A stretch of 64,000 bases of DNA, taken from the NCBI GenBank assembly GCA_000092065.1, contig CP000587.1. The stretch is one strand, 5' to 3'. Shown one piece after another: positions 9,126-17,706 of this stretch. Origin of the DNA: Ostreococcus lucimarinus (Eukaryota). The translations under genes were made by a program, and so were the position numbers. The notes beneath the pieces were generated by a model. The model was not told where the DNA came from and searched no databases. It worked only from the letters and a program-made list of their open reading frames with translations. The stretch's first letter is position 1. Every line of letters begins with the position of its first letter.

Positions 9126-9854
9126 TTACGCCTTGACAACCTTGGTGACGAGGAAACGAGTCATGGATTGGCGATGACCGTTCTTCTTGCGATAGTGCTT
9201 CTTCGGTCTGTACTTGAAAACGATCACCTTCTTCGCGTCAAAGTTCTCCAACACCGTCGCCTCGACGCGCGCGCCCTTCACGTACGGGTGGCCCCAGTTC
9301 GGCGCGTTCCCGTCGTGCGTTCCGAGCACGCGTTCGAACGCAATCTTCGAGCCCGGCTCGACGCCCTTCAACGAGTGGCACTCGTAGAAGCGCCCTTCGG
9401 AAACAAACTGCTGCGAGCCGCCGACTTCGATGATGGCGTCCCACTTCGGGGCGGCGCCCGCGGACGGGGGCGTGTTGAAACCGATTTGGTTGATCGAGCT
9501 CTCCGCCGTCGCTGCGAGGGATGAAACAAACGCGCCGTCAGTACACACAACTTTATCACGCCACTCGCGCACCGCCCTTCGCGCGCGCGTTCGCGCCTCG
9601 CCGCCTCCTCGCGCCTCGTCGTCGCGTCTCGCGCCCTATCCCCACAGGTTTTAGGTTTTTCGCCCGCCCGCCCGTCCCATCCTTCGTCGTCGCGTCGCTC
9701 GATGCTCACCCTCCACGCGCACGTCGCGCTTCACCGCGCGCGTCGTCAAGGAAATCTTCGCGCCGTTGCGCTCGACGCTCGCCTTCGCGCGCATTCGCAT
9801 CGCGCGGTTCGCCCCCATCGCGGGCGTCGCCGTCATCGCCGTCATCGCCATCAT
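9126..9854 (-). CDS. Organellar (bacterial-type) ribosomal protein bL21 precursor. Two exons: exon 1 about 9710-9854 (transit peptide), intron about 9511-9709 (GT-AG), exon 2 9126-about 9510.
   Basis: Exon 2 encodes ...KWDAIIEVGGSQQFVSEGRFYE...VLENFDAKKVIVFKYRPKKHYRKKNGHRQSMTRFLVTKV, the bL21 signature. The track ORF starts at a GTG (9572), not an ATG. Upstream ORF 9651-9854 (ATG verified) encodes MMAMTAMTATPAMGANRAMRMRAKASVERNGAKISLTTRAVKRDVRVE and ends in a consensus donor GAGG|GTGAGC. The acceptor is tttgtttcatccctcgcag|CG. Phase 1 is compatible and joins as ...RVE-A-TAESSINQIGF.... Coordinates of splice sites are +/-2 nt. Confidence 0.75.
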
Positions 9855-10187
9855 CGTTCGCGTCGCGCGCGCGTTCGCGCGTCTGAGATCGTGCGTGCTC
9901 GCGTCTCCGCGCTCGCGTTCGGCGCGAGTTTAAGTCTCGCGCGTCTGAGTCTCGCGCGTCGCGGTGGCGCGTCGTCGAGTGCCGCGCGTCGCCCGCGTCG
10001 CCGTCGTCCCGCGGTCGCGCCCGGTCGCGGGCGTCTCGCCCCGCGGACTGTTTGCGCATACGGACCGACGCGTCGTCGCACACATGGGCGTTTCTGGGGG
10101 CGCTCTACGACGTTCGACGCCGTCGCGGATTTATGGACGCATCGGCGTCGCGCCGCGTCGCGACTCGGCGGCGCGGCGGCGACGGCG

Positions 10188-10757
10188 ATGCGCGCGACGG
10201 CGATCGCGCGCGCGCGCGCGACGGCGACGGCGCGCGCGACGGCGACGCGCGCGCGACGCGCGCGGCGAACGACGACGCGCGCGGGCGTCGAGGAAGAGAC
10301 GAACTTTGCCCCCATCGACGCGACGGCGAGCGACGCCCCGGGAGGCGTCGCCGACGGGCGGTTCGGACCGGAGGCCGCGCTGCTCGTCGGGTTCACCGAG
10401 AGCGAGGTCGCGCGATGGCGCGAGACGCTGGACGAGATCGGCGCGGATTTCGTGCGCGCGACGGCGTGCGAAGAGGCGACGCTCGACGCGCCGCTCGGAC
10501 GCGCGTTGGAGCGGCTTCCGCGAGAGGACGCGAGCGCGGCTAAACTCGCGCTCGGGGTGCCGAGGATGATGTTTTTGAGCGGGATGAGCTCGGCGGAGGT
10601 GATGGAGATCGTGGACGTGTACGACGAACTCGAATGGGAGCCGTGCGTGTTCGCGTGCGCGGTGCCGAAAAATTACGAGACAAACGTCCGCGCGCTACTG
10701 GCGGAGATCATGGACGACCACGAGCGCTTGACGGGGGAGGCGCGGTGTAATTTGTAA
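10188..10757 (+). CDS. Conserved hypothetical protein (presequence plus C-terminal alpha/beta domain); identity unknown
   Basis: The C-terminal part of track ORF 9702-10757 has non-repetitive, codon-biased sequence: EAALLVGFTESEVARWRETLDEIGADFV...LGVPRMMFLSGMSSAEVMEIVDVYDELEWEPCVFACAVPKNYETNVRALLAEIMDDHERL. The first in-frame ATG downstream of the bL21 exon-1 region is 10188. The upstream part of the ORF is Arg-rich GC noise. Confidence 0.45.
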   Translation: MRATAIARARATATARATATRARRARRTTTRAGVEEETNFAPIDATASDAPGGVADGRFGPEAALLVGFTESEVARWRETLDEIGADFVRATACEEATLDAPLGRALERLPREDASAAKLALGVPRMMFLSGMSSAEVMEIVDVYDELEWEPCVFACAVPKNYETNVRALLAEIMDDHERLTGEARCNL

Positions 10758-10806
10758 AACACACGCATTGTTTGCGCGCGCGCGATGTCTCGGGCGGCCT
10801 CGATAG

Positions 10807-12369
10807 ATGTTCGATTCGTCGACGCGCGAGCGCCCGTCTTCGCGAAGCTTCGCCGCGACGACGGCGTCGCGCCGCACACGCGCGCGCGCGCGCGCCATGC
10901 TCGCCCGCGCGTCGACGCGCGCGACGCTTCGCGCATCGACGCGCGCGACGCGCGCGACGACGGCGACGCGCGCGACCGCGCGGCGGCGCGCGCGGCGGCG
11001 CGAGCTCGAGCCAAAGTCGTTACGTCACCGGCGCCTCGTGCCGCTGACCGCGGGCGACGGCGACGGCGGTCAGCGGTCAGCGGGCGACGGCGACGATCGG
11101 CTGTGGAGCAACGTCGAGCGCGGCGACGATGGGTTGCGACGCCGCGCCGGATCGCTCGGCGCGTCCGTGGCGCTCGTCGCGGGGACGACGCTCGGCGCGG
11201 GCATGCTCGCGCTACCGCTCGTCTTGCGCGACGCGGGCTTCGTGCCGAGCACGGTCGTCATCGTCGCCTGCTGGGTCTTCTTCGCCGCGACCGGGCTGTG
11301 CGTGCTGGAAGTAAACCTCGGGACGATGTGCGAGCTCGGACGGGGCGGCGGGGTGTCGGTGAATGCGATGTGTCGAAGGACGCTCGGCGACGCCGGCGTA
11401 AACGCGGCGACGGCGTCGTTCGCGTTCATCCACTACGCGTTACTCGTGGCGTACGTGCAAAAGGTCGGGGAGCTCGCGGTTGAGATTTGGCCGCAGGTGC
11501 CAGGAGGGGCGAACGCGGCGTCGGTGGCGTACGCGACGGCGATGTCGACATTTTTGTACCTCGCCTCGCCGGCGAAAATCGAACGGTTCAACTCGGCGCT
11601 CTTCGCGGGCGTCGTCGGGACGTTTGTACCGCTGTTGCTGCTCGCCGCGAGGAGCGAAACGACTTCAGTGGATAATCTGCTCGCCGTGTCGGATTGGAGC
11701 GCGGCGCCGGCGACGATTCCAATCGTCGCCGTGGCGTTCGTGTATCACCAAGTCGTTCCAGTCGTGGCGACTTCGTTGGAGGGCGACAGGAAGCGCGCCA
11801 CGACGGCCGTGCTCGCGGGCACGGCGATACCGGCGTTGATGTTCATCTTGTGGGACGCCGCCGTGCTCGGAAGCGTCGACGCGGGGGCGATCGATGTCGA
11901 CCCTATCGGCGCTCTGCAAGCGTCTTCGCCGTTGACGGCGGCGCTCGTTCGTGGGTTCGAATTCTTCGCCGTATCGACGTCTTTCTTGGGATTCGGATGG
12001 GGTCTCGCGGATTTCCTCGCGGACGGCATGAAGACGACTGATATTCACGATCCGCGGCCGTGGGCCTTGGCGCTCGTGCCTCCCGTGATTTTCGCGCTCG
12101 CGTGCCCGGGCGTCTTCCTAGCCGCGCTCGACAGCGCGGGCGCTTTCGGGGTTTTAGTCGTGTTCGGTATGATTCCACCCGCGATGGTGTATAGACACAG
12201 GCAAATGCGAGACGAGTGTGCGCTCGAGAACGACCCAGTGGGGTGCTTGCCGGTATTAGATCCGGTGCTTCCGGGCGGTGCGCTCACGCTAGCGCTCATG
12301 TTCGCGTTCGCAGCGAGCGAGGTCGGTTCGGAGACCATCGGGCTTGCGCGTCAGTGGTTCCGCATGTGA
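10807..12369 (+). CDS. Hydroxy/aromatic amino acid permease family transporter (Trp/Tyr permease-like) with N-terminal presequence
   Basis: About 11 predicted TM segments; signature LVAGTTLGAGMLALPLVL; ATG verified at 10807. Confidence 0.65.
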   Translation: MFDSSTRERPSSRSFAATTASRRTRARARAMLARASTRATLRASTRATRATTATRATARRRARRRELEPKSLRHRRLVPLTAGDGDGGQRSAGDGDDRLWSNVERGDDGLRRRAGSLGASVALVAGTTLGAGMLALPLVLRDAGFVPSTVVIVACWVFFAATGLCVLEVNLGTMCELGRGGGVSVNAMCRRTLGDAGVNAATASFAFIHYALLVAYVQKVGELAVEIWPQVPGGANAASVAYATAMSTFLYLASPAKIERFNSALFAGVVGTFVPLLLLAARSETTSVDNLLAVSDWSAAPATIPIVAVAFVYHQVVPVVATSLEGDRKRATTAVLAGTAIPALMFILWDAAVLGSVDAGAIDVDPIGALQASSPLTAALVRGFEFFAVSTSFLGFGWGLADFLADGMKTTDIHDPRPWALALVPPVIFALACPGVFLAALDSAGAFGVLVVFGMIPPAMVYRHRQMRDECALENDPVGCLPVLDPVLPGGALTLALMFAFAASEVGSETIGLARQWFRM

Positions 12370-12399
12370 AGCGTATTTCTAGGTGTATTATTGATTCAT

Positions 12400-14331
12400 T
12401 CATTCTAGCCGCTCTTTTTTGCGCTTCTGTAACTCATCGTCGCCAGGACCGACGGTGACTTTTCGCTTCGTCGCGACGACGTCGCCTTTCTTCGTCTTAA
12501 AAACGCGACCGCGCCCCCCTTTGTCGTTGTTCCACCACGATGATTTCGATTCACGCTCTCGCTGCGGCGCGTCGGCGATGCCTTCGTCGCCTTCATCATC
12601 GCTCCCTCGCACGTCGTCGGCGTGTTTGCGTTCGCCGCCGTCTCTCGCCGCCGACGCGGTCGCGTCATCGTCGTCGTCGTCGTCGCGTTCGAGCTCGCCG
12701 TGCTCGTCCGCGGGCGAGTCATCGTAGCGATCGGCGTTCGTGACGCTCTTGGCGCTTGGTTTCGGCAGCGCTTCGGCGACTTTGGCCAACACTCGCAAGT
12801 TGGGATCGACAAAATGGCCATCCTTCTCGAGCAGCTTGACCAAATCACTCGCGAGCGGTGTAAACTTGCGCGTGAAGAACGAGAGCGCGGCGCCTTTCTT
12901 GCCTTGTCGTCCAGCACGCCCGACACGATGGCGATATTGTTCTATGCTTCCTGGAAAATCCCAATTCACCACGTACTCTAGTCCCGCGATGTCCAAGCCG
13001 CGACCGGCGACATCCGTGGCGATTAACACCGGAGTCTTCCCCGCTTTGAAATCTTTCAACGCCTGATCTCGTCTGTTTTGCTTCATCGTTCCGTGAAGCG
13101 TGCTCACTTTTTCATTGTGTCTCTTGCACAAATCCGCGATGAACTGCACCGTTTTGATGCGATTGGCGAAGACGAGGACTCGGCTACGAGCGCGCCCGTC
13201 TTCGGCGCGAAGCTTTGTGATGTACTTCATCAACTTGCGACTTTTTTTGTGCTCGGCGCACACGTGTACCGTCTGCTCCACGATCGCCATGTGAACGTTG
13301 ACGTCGTCGTCGTCTTTTGGCACTGTCGCCTTCTCTGAATCAATCTTCACCGTCTCAAAGCCTTTGCGGAGCCACGTCTTGCCGATGGCGCGCACCGCCT
13401 TTGGAAACGTGGCGCTGAACAACAAAGTTTGGCGGCCGCTGTCTTTGTCAGGCAGCGCTTCGCGAATCGTAGAGAGCTGCTCTTCAAAACCGAGGGCGAG
13501 CATGCGATCGGCTTCGTCTAAAACGAGCATCGCGCATCTATCCAACTGCAGGGCGCCTGATTCGAGAACGGCGAGCAATCGCCCCGGGGTGCCGATGACG
13601 AGTAAAGCTTGCGACGTATGCTGAGCCAAGGCCTCTTCCTGCTCCTCCTGAGACGCTCCACCGTACACGGCGACCGCACGTACCGGCACAGCTTTCTTCA
13701 GTTTGTTGCAGACGCCAGATATTTGCAAAGTCAGTTCCCGCGTCGGGGCGACGACGAGCACCGCCGGCGCCCCGGGCCGTTTCTTTCCCACGTTTGGATT
13801 TTCTCTGTGATCTTTCAGCGCGGCTTCGATGGCGGGTAATAAAAACCCTAACGTTTTCCCGCTTCCAGGTGGCGCGATGGCTAAAACATCGCTACCCGCG
13901 CACGCCGGCGGCCAACATTGTCTTTGCACCGGCGTCGTGCGACGATGCCCGATGCTCTTCATCGCATCCATGAAATAATCCGGAACATCGTCCGCACTCA
14001 CGCCGTCGCCGTTCGTTTCTGTTCCATCCGCGTCATCTTCTTCCACCTCTTCCCCGCGCGCCTTCGCTTTCAGCTTTTTCCTCAGCGCCTTCGCCGCTAA
14101 CCGCTCTCGCTCCGCCTTGCGCTTCGCGCTCCGCTCCGCCGCCGTTCGCTTCTCGTCCTCTTCCTGCAGTGCGGGCGGCAGCGGCGGTGCGCTCGAGCAC
14201 ATCCCGCGCAGCTGTCGTTTCACCCCTCGCTTCGTTCGGATTCGATTCCCGTCCGCGTCTTTGCGCGAGAGCGCGCGCGCTTTCTTCGCCTCGCGCTTGC
14301 TTCGCTTTCGCTGGAGGAAATCAACCGTCAT
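12400..14331 (-). CDS. DEAD-box ATP-dependent RNA helicase
   Basis: Q motif/Walker A APPGSGKTLGF; PTRELTLQ; DEAD in VLDEADRML; SAT in LLFSATFP; HGTMKQNRRDQAL; motif VI HRVGRAGRQG. Lys/Arg-rich N-terminus and RGG-like C-terminus. ATG verified at 14329-14331. Confidence 0.9.
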   Translation of the reverse strand: MTVDFLQRKRSKREAKKARALSRKDADGNRIRTKRGVKRQLRGMCSSAPPLPPALQEEDEKRTAAERSAKRKAERERLAAKALRKKLKAKARGEEVEEDDADGTETNGDGVSADDVPDYFMDAMKSIGHRRTTPVQRQCWPPACAGSDVLAIAPPGSGKTLGFLLPAIEAALKDHRENPNVGKKRPGAPAVLVVAPTRELTLQISGVCNKLKKAVPVRAVAVYGGASQEEQEEALAQHTSQALLVIGTPGRLLAVLESGALQLDRCAMLVLDEADRMLALGFEEQLSTIREALPDKDSGRQTLLFSATFPKAVRAIGKTWLRKGFETVKIDSEKATVPKDDDDVNVHMAIVEQTVHVCAEHKKSRKLMKYITKLRAEDGRARSRVLVFANRIKTVQFIADLCKRHNEKVSTLHGTMKQNRRDQALKDFKAGKTPVLIATDVAGRGLDIAGLEYVVNWDFPGSIEQYRHRVGRAGRQGKKGAALSFFTRKFTPLASDLVKLLEKDGHFVDPNLRVLAKVAEALPKPSAKSVTNADRYDDSPADEHGELERDDDDDDDATASAARDGGERKHADDVRGSDDEGDEGIADAPQRERESKSSWWNNDKGGRGRVFKTKKGDVVATKRKVTVGPGDDELQKRKKERLE

Positions 14332-14737
14332 GGCGCTCGCGGCGACGCTCGCGCGCGATCGGCGCGACGCTCGGCGCGATCACGCGCGTGAACGATCGTT
14401 TCGCACGGCTCGACCGCGCGTCGGCGCGCGGGACGCGTCGCGCGAGACGATGGGCGGTCGAACGCGCGCGCAGCCGCCGCCGCCACGAGCGCGGTCGAGG
14501 CGACGCGTCGACGCGACGGCGCGCGCCGTGGAATAGACGGTGCGTCGATTCCGAAGTGCCGCTAAAATCTCGCGGCGCTCGCGTCGGAGCTCGCGTCGAC
14601 GGTGTCGCGCGCGTGAGTGCGAACGAAGGCGAGCGTTCTTCGCGCGACGGGACGCGACGCGACGCGACGGATGGTTTTGGATCCTCTTCGCTGTATTCTA
14701 GTAATCGTAAATCTAAGAAGTTGTACACCACGAACAC

Positions 14738-15676
14738 TCACAGGAAATAGTCCGGACACCGCTTCGCCGCCTGCTGCTCCTCGCCTCGCCTGGGCGCGGG
14801 ATCGAACTGAAGGAAAGACGTTCCCAAATTGTCGTCCACCTCCATGATGCTCGCTTGGTTACCGCACCTGTAGCAGTAATTCGGGGCGCTGAAAATCGTC
14901 ACTAACGACTGGTCGTGGTGCCAAAGGTACCCTTCCATCACCAATTGATGCGCGCGCGCGATGAGCTTCAGACCGTTGTTGTGGTTGAACTGCTCCGTGA
15001 TATCCTGCCCGAACGTGTACCCGGCGCCTCGCGGGCTCATCCCCCACCCGGCGCGATCGTCGGGATCGCTCCACACCAAATCACACACCGGTCCTTCGTG
15101 CGGAACTTCCGCGAACCGATCGATCTTACGCACGTCATCCAGCGTGTCGATCGACGGCGACAAGCCACCGTGCGGGCAGAATATCTTATTCTCGATCACC
15201 GCCGACAGAGGCATGAAATCAAAGAGATCTGTAAACGCCTTCCAAATTCCCGCGTGTCCGTACTTCCGCATGCACTCGTCGTAGAACCCGTACACCTGCG
15301 TGATCTGTCTCGACTCGTGATTCCCACGAATGATCGTCACCCGATCCGGATACCTCACCTTGAGCGCGACGACCAACGTCACCGTCTCCACCGAGTAGTA
15401 CCCGCGATCGACGTAATCCCCCAAAAACAGATAATTCGTATCGGGCGCCAGCCCTCCCATCTTGAACATCTCCATCATGTCGTGAAACTGTCCGTGTATG
15501 TCCCCCACCACCGTCACCGGCGCTCGCACGAGCTGCACGTTGCTCTCCTCCGCCAACAACCCGCGCGCTCGATCGCACAGCGTCATGACCTCCTCCTCGG
15601 GCAGAAACTCGTGCTTCAACAGCGCGCTCACCATCGCGTCGTAATCCCCGTACTCGCTCGCTCGCAATCGCGTCAT
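14738..15676 (-). CDS. Ser/Thr protein phosphatase, PP2A-family catalytic subunit
   Basis: [49 protein letters not shown], ends ...DYFL. ATG verified at 15674-15676 ([12 protein letters not shown]...). The track ORF extends further upstream without a plausible start. Confidence 0.92.
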   Translation of the reverse strand: MTRLRASEYGDYDAMVSALLKHEFLPEEEVMTLCDRARGLLAEESNVQLVRAPVTVVGDIHGQFHDMMEMFKMGGLAPDTNYLFLGDYVDRGYYSVETVTLVVALKVRYPDRVTIIRGNHESRQITQVYGFYDECMRKYGHAGIWKAFTDLFDFMPLSAVIENKIFCPHGGLSPSIDTLDDVRKIDRFAEVPHEGPVCDLVWSDPDDRAGWGMSPRGAGYTFGQDITEQFNHNNGLKLIARAHQLVMEGYLWHHDQSLVTIFSAPNYCYRCGNQASIMEVDDNLGTSFLQFDPAPRRGEEQQAAKRCPDYFL

Positions 15677-16067
15677 CGTCGCCGCACGTCTCGCGCCGCA
15701 CGTCTCGCGCCTCGTCCCGCGTCGCGTCCTTCGGTCGCGCGACCGATCGCGCCTCGCGCGTCCTCGCGCGCGCGTCCCTCGCGCGCGCCCTCGCCGGTCG
15801 TCTCCGCGTCGCGCGGTCGCGCGCGCAGGGCCTCGCGACGCGTCGCGTCGCTCGGCGCGTCGACGCGCGTCGGCGTCGTCGCCGGGCGCGCTGTGCCGAC
15901 GATCGACCGCGCGGTGCCGATGGTACAAAGTGTGCTAGGCTCACTGTTTGCCCATACAAACTCCGACGGTCCGATATTGGCGCCGCGCGCGAGTGCGCGT
16001 TCGCGGCGTCGGCGCCGCCGCCGACGGCGCGACGGACGCGCGCGACGGCGCGACGACGCGACGCGCG

Positions 16068-17663
16068 ATGAAGCGCGCGCCGAGGCGCGGCGCGGCGACG
16101 ACGCCGAAGCGCCGCGCGCGCGCGACGCGCGATGAAGCGCGCGACGACGACGACGACGACGGCGCGAACGCGCGCGAGGGCGATTTCGCGGACGACGGCG
16201 ACGGCGACGGCGACGGCGACGACCGGAACGGACTCGCGCGCGCGCGACGGGAGGAGATGGAGGCGAACGAAAACGCGAGCGATTCCGAGCAGCGCGAGGC
16301 GGCGGCGGCGGCGAGGGAGACGGCGCAGGAGAAACGGGTGCGGTTGGCGAAGGCGTACCTGGAGCGGTTGCGAGAGGAACAGGCGGCGGAGGACACGGAC
16401 GAGGACGACGGGGAGGAGGAGGGGAAGAATTTGGACTCGCACACGCGGTTGGCGGCGCGGTTGATGGAGGACGCGCAGCGGAAGTCGGGACATCAGCGGG
16501 CGTCGATCGCGGATCGGACGACGGCGACGAGGGCGCCGGCGAGGCTGTGGCGGGGACATAAACGCGCGGTGACGGGCGTGGCGCTCGCGGAGGATGATCG
16601 AACGGCGTACAGCGTGTCGAAGGATGGATCTATATTTGGCTGGGATATCGAGACCGAGAAGCGAACGAAGTTTCCGAGGACTCCCGAGGCGGTGGTGGAC
16701 CCGACGCAAGGCGGCGGCGGGCCGCAGGCGCCGCCGAAGTGCGGCGCGCACGTCGTGTCGTGCTGCGCGGTGAGCGGGGAGAGAAATCTTCTCGTGACCG
16801 GTGGTGCGGATAAACGCGTCCACGTGTGGGACACACGGAGCATGACGCACATCACCGCTTTCGCGGGACACAGAGGGGCGATCACGGGGCTCGGTTTCCG
16901 CCACGGCACCGGACAGTTGTTCTCGTGCGCGGAGGATCGCACGGTGAAGGTCTGGTCTTTGGATGACATGGCTTACGTGGACACGCTTTTCGGGCATCAA
17001 GATCGGTGCATCGGCTTGGACACGCAGCGTCGCGAGCGTCTCGTCACCGTCGGCGCGGATCGATCGACGAGATTCTGGAAGGTGCCCGAAGATTCTCAAC
17101 TGGTGCTTCGTCCGCCGGAGGGCGGCGGGCCGGCTGAGAGTTGTGCTTTTACCGCGCACGACCACTGGATCACCGGCTCTCAAGACGGCACGGTGGCGAT
17201 TTGGAATACGCAACGTAAGCGCGCGGCGCAGACGTGGGAAAACGTGCACGGTTTCAGAGAGATTGTTGCGCCGAAAGGTTTTAGCGATGCCGACGCCGAC
17301 CGGGCGATGGCTCAACGGGACGCCGCGCAGGCGGCATGTGGGATGAGCGCGAGCGATGATGGAGGTGTGGGCGAGATGGCTTCTTGGGTCAGTGCCGTTC
17401 ACGTCGCCAAAGGCACGGATCTCGCCGCCTCGGGCGCCGGTGACGGCGCGATGCGTTTGTGGAAGACGTCTCACGAGGGCGAACCTCTCGTGCCGCTCGA
17501 CTGCGTACCCGCTCGAGGCTTTGTGAACTCGATTCAGGTCGCGAGTAGTGGTCGGTTTATTCTCGCGGGTATGGGGCAAGAGCCCAGACTTGGGCGTTGG
17601 GGCCGAGACGCGGGGGCGCGAAACGGCGTCCAACTGCATCAACTTAGTTTAGCGGATGAATGA
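16068..17663 (+). CDS. RRP9: WD40-repeat protein resembling U3 snoRNP protein Rrp9/U3-55K
   Basis: Acidic N-terminus, then RLAKAYLERLREE, then multiple WD repeats (GHKRAVTGVAL, GGADKRVHVWDTRS, GHRGAITGLGF, DRTVKVWSL, GSQDGTVAIWN). ATG at 16068 chosen within track ORF 15948-17663. Confidence 0.6.
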   Translation: MKRAPRRGAATTPKRRARATRDEARDDDDDDGANAREGDFADDGDGDGDGDDRNGLARARREEMEANENASDSEQREAAAAARETAQEKRVRLAKAYLERLREEQAAEDTDEDDGEEEGKNLDSHTRLAARLMEDAQRKSGHQRASIADRTTATRAPARLWRGHKRAVTGVALAEDDRTAYSVSKDGSIFGWDIETEKRTKFPRTPEAVVDPTQGGGGPQAPPKCGAHVVSCCAVSGERNLLVTGGADKRVHVWDTRSMTHITAFAGHRGAITGLGFRHGTGQLFSCAEDRTVKVWSLDDMAYVDTLFGHQDRCIGLDTQRRERLVTVGADRSTRFWKVPEDSQLVLRPPEGGGPAESCAFTAHDHWITGSQDGTVAIWNTQRKRAAQTWENVHGFREIVAPKGFSDADADRAMAQRDAAQAACGMSASDDGGVGEMASWVSAVHVAKGTDLAASGAGDGAMRLWKTSHEGEPLVPLDCVPARGFVNSIQVASSGRFILAGMGQEPRLGRWGRDAGARNGVQLHQLSLADE

Positions 17664-17706
17664 GACTCCGGGTGTAAAAAAGAATTCATGAATATAAAAT
17701 GCTGCT

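Noticed and set aside
9572-9572. The 'M' start codons in the ORF track taken at face value
   Set aside because: Several are GTG or TTG (9572, 56899, 54368, 63322, 16). Starts were re-assigned to the first verified ATG, or to a splice junction, where the nucleotides could be checked.
15219-17642. Very long ORFs antisense to real genes. Examples: 807 aa antisense to RRP9; 489 aa at 34704-36173 antisense to GCN1; 5972-7177 antisense to POR; 20981-22021 and 19876-21153 around AAR2/ABC1K; 829-1845 and 559-1656 across the ABC-F gene.
   Set aside because: Their products are Arg/Ala/Pro/Gly-rich low-complexity strings typical of the reverse or shifted frames of GC3-saturated coding sequence. The opposite strand carries a clearly recognisable conserved protein in each case. 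Stop codons (TAA/TAG/TGA) are simply rare at about 70% GC.
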